Assembly (NCBI GenBank): GCA_963843825.1
Contig: CAWJLZ010000031.1
Span: 76,679 to 140,678, forward strand
Source: an uncultured Actinomycetota bacterium
GTDB taxonomy: Bacteria; Actinomycetota; Actinomycetes; Propionibacteriales; Nocardioidaceae
Length of the DNA stretch: 64,000 nucleotides
Direction of reading: 5' to 3'
Shown here: one piece after another, positions 1-10,151 of the stretch
How positions within the stretch are numbered: the stretch's first letter is position 1
Layout: every line of letters starts with the position of its first letter
Made by a program: the position numbers and the translations under genes
The notes under the pieces: model-generated
What the model was told of the DNA's origin: nothing
Database searches by the model: none
The model's input: only the letters and a program-made list of their open reading frames with translations

Positions 1-627
1 CGACTTCTGGAACCTGCACCGCCGCGGCACGGCACGGCGGCCCGCTGCTGCTGGAGACCCCGTCGGACTGGGAGCCGCGGATCCGGGTGCACCGCAACAT
101 GCCGCGGCTGTGGATGTTCCCGATCCGGGCGATGTACCTCGAGGCGATCAACCGGGCGACGAGCAACATCTACCTGACCCAGGCCTACTTCATCCCCGAC
201 GCCGACTTCGTCGACGCCCTCGAGCAGCGCCGCCGCAGCGCGGCGTGGACGTCACGGTGCTGCGTGCCGCGAACGTCCAACCACGTCGTGGCCGACTGGC
301 TCTCCCGGGGCTACTACGGCGAGCTGCTCGACGGCCGGCGTCGCGGATCCACCGGTTCCAGGGGCGATGGTGCACGCCAAGACCGCCACCATCGACGGGC
401 GCCTGGACCACCGTCGGCACCGCCAACATCGACCGGCTGTCGATGACCGGCAACTACGAGGTCAACGTCGAGTTCATCGACCCCGCGATGGCCGCGCGAG
501 ATGGAGCGGATCTTCGCCACCGACCTGGACAACTGCGTCCGGCTCACCGAGGCGGCTGGGACTCGCGCGGGGTGCACAAGCGGCTGACCGAGCTCGTTCC
601 TGGCGCCCGCTGCGCCCCCTGCTCTGA
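1..627 (+). CDS. Phospholipase D family / cardiolipin synthase, C-terminal part (5' end outside window; frameshifted)
   Basis: Peptides IYLTQAYFIPD, HAKTATID (HKD motif) and VGTANIDRLSMTGNYEVN across three frames. Confidence 0.85.
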
Positions 628-646
628 CCTGCTCCCCTCCCCGCCC

Positions 647-810
647 ACCCGTCACGTCTTGACGTGAATCTCCCGCCGACCCGTCACGTCTTGACGTGAA
701 TCTCCCGCCGACCCGTCACGTCTTGACGTCAAGAGTGACGGGTCGGGGTCTTCCCGCGTCAAGACGTGACGGGTCGGCCTCCCCGGGACGTCAAGACGTG
801 ACGGGTCGGC
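647..810. repeat. REP/BIME-like cluster: three direct and three inverted copies of the core ACCCGTCACGTCTTGACG
   Basis: Direct copies start at 647, 679 and 711 (32-bp period); reverse-complement copies at about 727-746 (1-nt deletion), 757-777 and 789-809. Confidence 0.9.
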
Positions 811-1778
811 GCGGCAGGGGAGGTGGGTCGGCGGGTCATCCGGGCTCCGCGCCGGGGGCGTCGCAGCCCGGCCTGCGCTGACGAGCGACCTGCACCCGAG
901 CCGGTGACCGCGGTACGGGCTGGAGCAGCACCTCCAGGCCGGCGTCGTCGACCGGGCTGGCCGGTCAGGGCCCAGCCGATGTCCTTGGCGACGTGGTAGT
1001 CGCCGAAGCTCACCGCGTCGGCGTCGCCGAGCGCCCGCGCGCGCACCTCGGCCGAGGTCCAGACGCCCGATGCCGGGGAGCTGCGCAGCCGTCGGTCGGC
1101 CTCGTCGGCCGGCAGGTCGACGATGCGCTCCAGGGCCGCGGCGACCGTGGCATCGCGCGACGACGGTGCGCGAGCGGCGTGGTCGACGCCCATGCTGCAG
1201 CCACTCCCACGAGGGCACCGGCGGCACGCACCTCGCGGCGAGGGGGCGACCCGCAGCCGGCGCTTCGCCGCCCCCGGGCCGGGCGCCGGGTCGCCGTAGG
1301 CGGTGACCAGCCTCCGCTGCGCGCGAACGCCTCCTTGCCGGTGACCTTCTGCTCGAGGATCGCCGGGACGAGCGCGTCCACGACCAGGCGGGTGCGCGGC
1401 ACCCGCCAGTGCGGGCGGCGCCGCACGCCTCGGCGAGCACGGCGTGGTCGGGACGAAGCCGCTGACGGGTCGTCGTCGGCACCGAGCAGCGGCGGGCAGC
1501 CCGTCGAGGACCCAGTCCGGGCCCGGTCCCCAGGCCAGCCGCCCGCACCTCGCCGGACGCGGACGCGGGCGGACCGCGAGGGTCGCCGGCCCGCAGGGCG
1601 TGCGCCAGCCCTTCCACACCGTGCCGTCGTCGTCCCGGACGTAGCGTCGGGTCGCCGGCTCCGCGCCGCAACGAGCCGAGCACCGCGCCGACCGGGCACG
1701 GCCAGCGGGGCCGCCAGACCCGCTCGCGGGTCGGCTCGGCGGCCTCTCGCGGGGGGCTGCGCCTGGGTCGACCGGCAC
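791..1778 (-). CDS. DNA-3-methyladenine glycosylase II / HhH-GPD family protein (frameshifted; 3' end approximate)
   Basis: Peptides LVPAILEQKVTGKEA, PGIG/VWTSAEVRARALGDADAVSFGDYH; GTG start after a TACGCT -10. Confidence 0.8.
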
Positions 1779-1841
1779 CGGTCCAGCGTAGGCGCGCCCG
1801 ACAGGCAACGGGGCGCCGCGAGCCTCGCGACAAATGGCGCC

Positions 1842-3399
1842 ATGCTGCTGACCGACCTGGTCCGAGGCCTCCGCCGAGATGGCGGCCACCCGGTCCCGGC
1901 AAGGCCAAGACCGAGGTCGTCGCCCGGCTGCTCCGGGCGGCCCGACCCGACGAGGTCGAGGTGGTCGCGGCGTACCTCGCCGGCGCTCCTCGCCAGCGGC
2001 GTACCGGCCTGGGCTGGCGCGGCCTGCGAGACCCTGCCTCCCCGGCGGTGGACCCGGCGCTGGACGGTGCTGGAGGTGGACGCCGCGCTGGAGGAGATCA
2101 GCCGGCGTCGCCGGCGGCGGGTCGCGAGGCCTGCGCGGGCCGCGCTGGTCGGCACCCTGTTCGGGCGCGGCGACCGCCGAGAGCAGCGGTTACCTCAGGG
2201 CCCTGGTGTTCGAGAACCTGCGGCAGGGCGCGCCGAGGACTCGGTGCTCCTGGACGGCGATCGCGCAAGGCCTCGGGCGGTGCCCGCGCGCCGCCGTACG
2301 CCGGGCCGCGATGTTCACCCCGACTCCCGGCGAGGTCGCCGCCGCCGCGCTCGCGCGGCGGTCGCGACGCGCTCGCGGCGTTCGGCCTGGTCCCGGGCCG
2401 CCCGGTGCGCCCGATGCTGGCCTCGTCGGCGCCCGACGTGGCCGCGGCGCTGGCGCAAGGCCGGCACCGCGCCGCGTGGCGGTGGACCGCAAGCTCGACG
2501 GCATCCGGGTCCAGGTGCACCGGGACGGCCGAGGGCGTGCGCGTCTACACCCGCAGCCTCGACGACGTCACCGACCGGCTGCCCGAGGTGGTCGAGGCGG
2601 TCGCCGGCGCTGGCCGTCGAGACCGCTCGTGCTGGACGGCGAGGTGATCGCGCTGCGGCCCGACGGGCGGCCGCGGCCGTTCCAGGAGACCGCGCTCGCG
2701 CACCGGGAGCCGCGTCGACGTCGCCGCGCTGCGCGAGCGAGGTCCCGCTGACGTCGCCTTCTTCGACCTGCTGCACCTCGACGGCGACCGACCTGGTCGA
2801 CGCCCCGGCTCGCGAGCGGCTCGGCTGCTCGCCGCAGACGCGTGCCCGCCGGACCTGCTGGTGCCGCGCGCTGGTCACCGACGCCCGGCCGAGGCGGCGC
2901 AGGCGTTCTTCGACGACACCGTGGCCGCCGGCCACGAGGGGGTCGTGGTCAAGGTCGCTGGAGAGCGGCTACGAGGCCGGTCGCCGCGGGCGCCGGCTGG
3001 GTCAAGGTCAAGCCCCGGCACACCCTCGACCTGGTCGTGCTCGCCGTCGAGTGGGGCAGCGGCCGCCGCCAGGGCTTGCTGTCCAACATCCACCTCGGGG
3101 CCCGCGACCCCGACGACCGGCGGGTTCGTCATGCTGGGCAAGACCTTCAAGGGGATGACCGACGAGATCCTGGCCTGGCAGACCGAGCGGTTCCTGGCCC
3201 TGGAGACCCGGCGCGAGGCGGCACGTCGTGCACGTGCGCCCCGAGCAGGTCGTCGAGATCGCCTTCGACGGCGTGCAGACCTCCTCGCGCTACCCCGGCG
3301 GGGTGGCCCTGCGGTTCGCCCGGGTGCTGCGCTACCGCGACGACAAGCCGGCCGACCGAGGCCGACACCCTGACGTCGGTCCGCGCCCTGCGGACCTAG
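1842..3399 (+). CDS. ligB: ATP-dependent DNA ligase (LigB type; frameshifted)
   Basis: [10 protein letters not shown] adenylation motif, [44 protein letters not shown]. Confidence 0.9.
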
Positions 3400-3412
3400 C
3401 CGACCGGCCCGG

Positions 3413-4696
3413 TCAGCGCTCCAGGATCATCGTGACGCCCTGGCCGCCCGCGGCGCAGATCGAGATGACGCCCCGGCCCGACCCCTTCTCGGCCAGCAGC
3501 TTGGCCAGGTTGGCGATGATCCTGCCGCCGGTGGCCGCGAACGGGTGCCCGGCGGCCAGCGACGAGCCGTTGACGTTGAGCTTCGCCCGGTCGACTCGGC
3601 CCAGCGGGGCGTCGAGACCCAGTCGCTCACGGCAGTAGCTCGGGTCCTCCCACGACGGTCAGGGTGGCCAGCACCTGCGAGGCGAACGCCTCGTGGATCT
3701 CGTAGAAGTCGAAGTCGCCCAGCGCCCAGGCCGGCGCGGGCCAGCATCCGGGGCATCGCGTACGCCGGGGCCATCAGCAGGCCCTCCGCCCCGTGCACGA
3801 AGTCGACCGCGGCGGTCTCGTGGTCGACCAGGTAGGCCAGCGGCTCCCAACCGCGGGCGGCGGCGTACTCCTCGGAGCAGAGCAGGACCACCGAGGCGCC
3901 GTCGGTCAGCGGGGTGGAGTTCGCGGCCGTCATGGTGGCGGTCTCGCCCTTGCCGAACACCGGCTTCAGCGTGGCGAGCTTCTCCAGCGAGGAGTCCGGG
4001 CGCAGGTTCTGGTCCCGCTCCAGCCCGCGGAACGGCGTGACCAGGCTGTCCTGGAACCCCCGGTCGTACGACGCGGCCAGGTGGTGGTGCGAGGCCACGG
4101 CCAGCTCGTCCTGCTCCGGGCGGCCGACCTGCCACTCCAGCGCGGTCAGCGCCGCGTGCTGGCCCATCGACAGGCCGGTCCGGGGCTCGCCGTTGCGCGG
4201 CAGGGCGGGGGCCAGGTGTCCGGGCCGGACCTTGGCCAGCGCGGCCAGCCGGCCCTGCAGGGACTTGGCCCGGCCGGCCTCGAGCAGGATCTTGCGCAGC
4301 TTCTCGTTGACCGCGATCGGGGCGTCGGAGGTGGTATCGGTGCCGCCGGCGATGCCGACCTCGATCTGTCCGAGAGCGATCTTGTTGGCCACCGCGACGA
4401 ACGCCTGGATGCCGGTGTCGCACGCCTGCTGCAGGTCGTACGCCGGGGTCTCGGGGGCCAACCGGGAGCCGAGCACCGCCTCCCGGGTCAGGTTGAAGTC
4501 CCGGGAGTGCTTGAGCACCGCCCCGGCCACCACCTCGTCCACCCGGGCCCCCTCCAGCCCGTACCGGACCACCAGCCCGTCGCAGCGCGGCGGTCAGCAT
4601 CTCGGAGTTCGAGGCGGTCGCGTAGACGGTGTTGGAGCGGGCGAACGGGATGCGGTTGCCGCCGATGACGGCGACGCGGCGGGTCTGGGCCTGCAT
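3413..4696 (-). CDS. fadA2: Acetyl-CoA C-acetyltransferase (thiolase, FadA2 type; frameshifted)
   Basis: [11 protein letters not shown]-terminus, [21 protein letters not shown] and ICAAGG motifs. Confidence 0.9.
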
Positions 4697-4778
4697 GGGA
4701 CTCCTGAGGTGGGACGGGAGGGGTGAGGGGGAGGTCACGATGGGTGGACCGTCGGTGGCACCGTGGTTGCATGGTCGC

Positions 4779-6128
4779 ATGAGCGACCGCTACCAGACCC
4801 TGGTCCACACTCCCTTCGGCCGCCTGCTGGCCAAGAACCTGGGCCTGCCCGACCCCGTGCAGCTGCAGCGCTGGACCGAGGGCGCCCCGCTGGTGGTCGG
4901 CACCGTGCTGGTCGGCGGCGCCGCCGACCACGGGGGCCGGCTGACCCCGGTCCTGGCCGAGGTCCTCGACGACCTCGGCATCACCGCCGTCACGCAGGCC
5001 GGGGAGGGCGAGCGCTTCCAGGGCCTGGTCTTCGACGCCACGGCGATCACCACCTCCGAGCAGCTGGTCGACCTCCAGCACTTCTTCACCCCGCTGATGC
5101 GCAGCCTCGACCGGTGCCCCCGCGTGGTGGTCCTCGGCACGCCCCCGGAGGCGGCCGCCGACGCCGGCGAGCGGATCGCCCAGCGCGCCCTGGAGGGGTT
5201 CACCCGCTCGCTGGGCAAGGAGATCGGCCGCGGCGGCACCGTCCAGCTCGTGTACGTCGCACCCGGCGCCGAGCGGGCGGTCGCCTCCACGCTGGCCTTC
5301 CTGCTCTCGCCCAAGTCGGCGTACGTGTCCGGCCAGGTCGTCCGGATCGGCAGCACCGGGACGACCGAGGCGGCCGAGTCCGTCGACCAGGCCCGCCCGC
5401 TGTCCGGCAAGGTGGCCCTGGTGACCGGGGCCAGCCGGGGCATCGGCGAGCAGATCGCCCGGGTCCTGCACCGCGACGGGGCCACCGTGCTGGGGGTCGA
5501 CGTCCCCCAGGCGGCCGAGGAGCTGCACCAGGTGATGACCTCGATCGGTGGTTCCTCGCTGACCCTGGACATCACCGCCAAGGACGCCGCAGCCCGGATC
5601 GCGCACCACGTGAGCACCACCTTCGGCGGCCTCGACGTGGTCGTGCACAACGCCGGGATCACCCGGGACAAGAAGCTGGCCAACATGAAGGACGGGGTGT
5701 TCTCCTCGGTGGTCGCGGTGAACCTCACCGCCCCCGAGCGGATCACCGCGACCCTGCTGGAGGAGAAGGCGCTCAGGCCGAACGCCCGGATCATCGGCGT
5801 CGCCTCCATCGCCGGGATCGCGGGCAACCTCGGCCAGACCAACTACGCCGCCTCCAAGGCCGGCGTGATCGGCCTGGTCGACGCCCTCGCCCCGGACCTG
5901 ACCGACGGGATCACGATCAACGCCGTCGCCCCGGGGTTCATCGAGACCAAGATGACCGCGGCGGTGCCCCTGATGACCCGCGAGGTCGGTCGCCGGCTCA
6001 ACGCGATGTCGCAGGGCGGGCAGCCCGTCGACGTCGCCGAGGCGGTGGCCTGGTTCGCCTCGCCGGCCTCGACCGCGGTCAACGGCAACGTGGTCCGGGT
6101 CTGCGGCCAGATGATGCTGGGCGCCTGA
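4779..6128 (+). CDS. fabG4: High-molecular-weight 3-oxoacyl-ACP/CoA reductase (FabG4 type)
   Basis: Intact ORF with N-terminal extra domain plus SDR motifs TGASRGIG, HNAGIT, YAASK; ends CGQMMLGA. Confidence 0.9.
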   Translation: MSDRYQTLVHTPFGRLLAKNLGLPDPVQLQRWTEGAPLVVGTVLVGGAADHGGRLTPVLAEVLDDLGITAVTQAGEGERFQGLVFDATAITTSEQLVDLQHFFTPLMRSLDRCPRVVVLGTPPEAAADAGERIAQRALEGFTRSLGKEIGRGGTVQLVYVAPGAERAVASTLAFLLSPKSAYVSGQVVRIGSTGTTEAAESVDQARPLSGKVALVTGASRGIGEQIARVLHRDGATVLGVDVPQAAEELHQVMTSIGGSSLTLDITAKDAAARIAHHVSTTFGGLDVVVHNAGITRDKKLANMKDGVFSSVVAVNLTAPERITATLLEEKALRPNARIIGVASIAGIAGNLGQTNYAASKAGVIGLVDALAPDLTDGITINAVAPGFIETKMTAAVPLMTREVGRRLNAMSQGGQPVDVAEAVAWFASPASTAVNGNVVRVCGQMMLGA

Positions 6129-6129
6129 G

Positions 6130-6975
6130 ATGGCCGGCCTGCCCCTGATGCTCAAGGCCGCGCTGCCGGCGATCCCGGTCGTCGGTGCGCTCCCCGGGGT
6201 GCGCCGCACCTCGACGACGCTGCCCTGGACCACCCTCCAGCGCTCGGCGGTGGCCGTCGACCCCCACCACGTGGCGGCGTACCGGGAGGTCTGCGGGTTC
6301 CCCGACAAGGACACCCTGCCGCTGACCTACCCGCACAACCTGGCCTTCGAGCTCCACCTGCGGCTGATGACCGACCCCGACTTCCCGTTCCCGGCGATCG
6401 GCACGGTCCACGTGGAGAACACCGTGACCGCGCACCGCAGCCTCACCGCCCGGGAGCGGTACGACGTCTCGGTGCGGGCCGCGAACCTCCGCGGCCACGC
6501 CAAGGGGAAGGTCTTCGACCTCCTGACCGAGGTGTCGGTGGCCGGGGAGACGGTCTGGGAGGAGACCTCGACGTACCTGCGCCGGGGCCGCGGTGACCAG
6601 GACGCGACCCCCGGGCCCGACCTGCCGGTGGTCGAGGGGCCCGGGGTGGAGTGGCGCCTCGGCGCGGACCTGGGCCGACGGTTCGCGGGCGTCTCGGGGG
6701 ACCGCAACCCGATCCACCTGTACGCCGTGACGGCCAAGGCGTTCGGCTTCCCCCGGCAGATCGCGCACGGGATGTGGAGCATGGCCCGGTGCGTGGCGGC
6801 CCTGGAGAACCGGCTGCCCGCCGCGGTGCAGGTCCAGGTGGCCTTCAAGACCCCGGTGCTGCTGCCCGGCTCGGTGCGGTTCACCGCCGAGCAGGACGGG
6901 GACGACGTGGGCTTCAGCCTGGTCGACCCGCGCCGCGGCGCCCCGCACCTGACCGGGCGCGCGACCCCCGCCTGA
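6130..6975 (+). CDS. htdX: MaoC/double hot-dog acyl dehydratase (HtdX type)
   Basis: Hydratase motif SGDRNPIH...IAHGMW; starts 1 nt after fabG4. Confidence 0.85.
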   Translation: MAGLPLMLKAALPAIPVVGALPGVRRTSTTLPWTTLQRSAVAVDPHHVAAYREVCGFPDKDTLPLTYPHNLAFELHLRLMTDPDFPFPAIGTVHVENTVTAHRSLTARERYDVSVRAANLRGHAKGKVFDLLTEVSVAGETVWEETSTYLRRGRGDQDATPGPDLPVVEGPGVEWRLGADLGRRFAGVSGDRNPIHLYAVTAKAFGFPRQIAHGMWSMARCVAALENRLPAAVQVQVAFKTPVLLPGSVRFTAEQDGDDVGFSLVDPRRGAPHLTGRATPA

Positions 6976-6984
6976 GCGGCAGGC

Positions 6985-8201
6985 TCAGCGCGGCCGGCCG
7001 AGGTCGACCGTGCGCAGCCGACCCGGGCCGGTGCTCAGCGGTCGGGCCCGGCGCAGGGTGAAGGTGCCCGTCGAGGGGGTCCAGACGCCGAGGTCGGTGG
7101 CGCCCGTCGCCGTTCCAGTCCCCGGTGACCGGCAGGTCGCCCGCGCCGCCGAGGTCGGACGGTCCCGGTCCAGGTCCCGCCCTTCATCCGGCGCAGCCAG
7201 AGCGACCAGACCCCGTCGTCGACCACCGCGAGGTCGGTCCGGCCGTCGCCGTTCCAGTCCCCGGTGACCGGCAGCGAGTCGGTCGAGCCGAGCCGGACCT
7301 TGGTCACGTCGCCGTTCGGCGCCCGCAGCCGGAACGTCGCCGCCTTGGGCCGCCACACCCCGACGTCGCTCACCCCGTCGCCGTCCCAGTCCCCCGCGAC
7401 CGCACGGTCGCCCGTGGAGCCGAACTCGATGACCTCGGGGCGGCCCCGGCGCCCGCAGCAGGAACGTCTGCGACGTCGCCCGACGCGACGCCCGAGGTCG
7501 CTGGTCCCGTCGCCGTCCCAGTCCCCGACGAGCGGGTCGTCGGTGCCCTGCCCGGTCTTGGTCACCGTGACCTTGCCGCCGTCGACCTGGCGGAAGCGAA
7601 CCTTCGCCTTGCGCGGCGGAAGAGCCGCAGCTCGGCGCGCCCGTCGCCGTCCCAGTCCCCCGCGACCGGGGTGTCGACGCAGCTGCGGGAGGTCGGGGTG
7701 GTCGGCATCGGGAAGGCCCTGCCGTGGAACCAGGCCTGCTCGTCGCGGCCGTCCTGCCGCTGCTCGTAGTGCAGGTGCGGGCCGGTCGAGCCGCCGGACG
7801 TCCCGACCCGGCCGAGCAGCTGTCCCTGGTCGAGGCGCTGGCCCGACGGTGACGTACTCCGCGGACGAGGTGGGCGTAGAGCGTGCTCTCGCCCGTTGCC
7901 GTGGTCGACCACGACGTAGAGCCCGTAGCTGGAGGCTGCCGAGGTCCTCCACCCGGCTGACCACGCCCTGGGCCGCGAGCGACCACCTGGGTGCCGAGGT
8001 CGTCGGTGCGGTTGAAGTCGACGGCCAGCGAGCTCGGGCGAGTGCGAGGGCCGGGTGGAGCCGTCCAGTCCTGGCCGCACGCGGAACGGCATCTCGTAGT
8101 CGGCGACCGGGCGCGGCGGACGCCGCGGCGCGGCCAGCGACCAGCGAGGCGCCACCGCGGCGAGGAGCGGCCGTCAGGGCAGTGCGTCGGTCTCGGCTCA
8201 C
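6985..8201 (-). CDS. Secreted M23 family peptidase with C-terminal FG-GAP/VCBS-like (GDWDGDG) repeats (frameshifted; start approximate)
   Basis: DFN, LYAHL and STGPHLHYEQ M23 motifs; about five GDW(D/N)GDG repeats. Confidence 0.75.
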
Positions 8202-8330
8202 GTGCGGTCCCCGGCTGGCGTACGACGGGGCGGCCAGTCACACACGTCACTGCGCACCCAGGACACGGCGCAACCGTAACAACCGGTCGGCGTGTCTGTC
8301 ACGCCTGCCAGGGTGCCGGTGCTAGCGCCG

Positions 8331-9199
8331 TCAGCCGGTCGCGGGCCGGATCAGGCCCTCCTGCGCCACCGAGGCCACCAGCGCGCCCGTCCTGGGTGAA
8401 CAGCCGGCCGAGGGCCAGCCCGCGTCCGCCGGAGGCGCGACGGCGAGCATCTGGTCGTAGAGCAGCCACTCGTCGGCACGGAACGGCGCGGTGGAACCAG
8501 ACCGAGTGGTCCAGCGAGGCCGCCTGCACCCCCGGGCTGGCCGGGGTGCAGCCCCTGCGGGACCAGCGCCGCCCCGAGCAGCGTCAGGTCGCTGAGGTAG
8601 GTCAGGGCCGCGCGGTGCACCAGGGGTCGTCGGGCAGCGCGCCCGACACCCGGATCCAGAATGGCGCCCGGGCGCGTCGGGTTCCCCGTGCCCGCTGGGC
8701 GGGCTCGCGGGTCGCCGACGCAACGCAGGTCGAGCGCGGCCCACTCGCGCAGCCACTCCTCGCGGGCGTCGTCGTCGCCCCCGCTGCCGAGGCAGTCGAA
8801 CGAGGTCGAGGGCCTCGTCGGGCCCGGGCACGTCGGGCATCGCGTCCTGGTGCTCGAAGCCTCCTCGGCCACCTGGAAGCTCGCGGTCAGGGCGTAGATC
8901 GGGCGGCCGTGCTGGCGGGCCAGGACCCGGCGGGTCGCGAACGAGCGTCCGTCGCGGACCCGCTCCACGTCGTACACGATCGGGACGGCAGGGTCACCGG
9001 GGCGCAGGAAGTAGGAGTGCAGCGAGTGCACCGCCGGGCGTCGGCGACGGTGCGGGCCGCCGGCGACCAGGGCCTGGGCGGCGACCTGGCCACCGAAGAC
9101 CCGCTGCAGCCGGGTGTCGGGCTGCTTGCCCCGGAACAGGTTGAGGTCGATGGTCTCGAGGTCGAGCAGCTCGACGAGCTCCTCGGCGGAGGCGGGCAC
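8331..9199 (-). CDS. tesB: Acyl-CoA thioesterase II (frameshifted)
   Basis: VFGGQVAAQAL, HSLHSYFLRPGD, RDGRSF, ASLDHSVWFH, VAQEGLIR. Confidence 0.9.
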
Positions 9200-9211
9200 G
9201 TCAGGGCGACC

Positions 9212-10151
9212 TCAGTCTCTGCCCGTCTCGGTGTCGAGGCCGGCCAGGAAGCGCTCGAACTCGCGCGCCGAGCTGCTCGGCCGGTGGGCAGCTCGCGCTC
9301 CTCGGCCAGCGGCAGCGCGCTCGTCCGTCGTCGGCGCCGGTGGAAGGCGTCGTACTGCTGCTCCAGGCCGGCGACCACGTCGCGGACCTCCGCGGAGTCC
9401 TCGACCTGTGCGGCGATGTCGGCCGCGCCGGACTCGCGCCGCGCGCTGCAGGGCGTCCAGGTCCCACTCCAGACCGGTCACCACCTCGACGGACTCCAGC
9501 AGCGTCGCCGCGGCGGCCGGGTAGTCGATCTGGGCGACGTAGTGCGGCACGTGGGCGACGAAGCCCATCGCGTCGTGGCCCCACTCCCCCAGCCGCAGCT
9601 CGAGCAGGGCCAGCGCGCTGGCGGGGATGCGGATCGCGCCGCTCCAGATTTCTCGCGGATCAGCAGCTCCGGGCGGGTGGCGTGGTTGGTGACCATCACC
9701 GGCCGGGTGTGCGGCACCGCCATCGGCACCGAGCCCAGGGAGACCACGAGGCGGACGCCGAAGTGCTCGACCACCTCGCGTACGGCCGCGGAGAAGGCCT
9801 CCCAGTGGGTGTCGGGCTCCGGGCCGTGCAGCAGGAGGTACGGCGTGCCGGCCGGTCGTCGTGCAGAGCCGGGAGACCAGCCGGGGGGCGTGGTAGTCCT
9901 CGTAGTGGTCCTCGGCGAAGGTCATCGGCGGGCGCCGGGCGCGGTAGTCGTAGAAGGCGTCGATGTCGAAGCTGGCGACCACCCGGCCCGGCGTCGCTGG
10001 CCGAGCAGGTGCGCGACCGCGAGCCGCGCGGCACGCCCGGCGTCGAGGAAGCCGTCGAGGCGACCACCAGCACGGGGCCGGCGACGTCCGTGCCCGTGGC
10101 GAGCTCGGGCACGTCGTCGACGATGTGCACGTAACGGGGGCTCTGGGTCAT
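9212..10151 (-). CDS. PAC2 family (proteasome assembly chaperone-like) protein (frameshifted)
   Basis: [53 protein letters not shown]. Confidence 0.85.

Noticed and set aside
647-810. CRISPR array
   Set aside because: The first two spacers are identical and only 14 nt, half the copies are inverted, and no cas genes are present.
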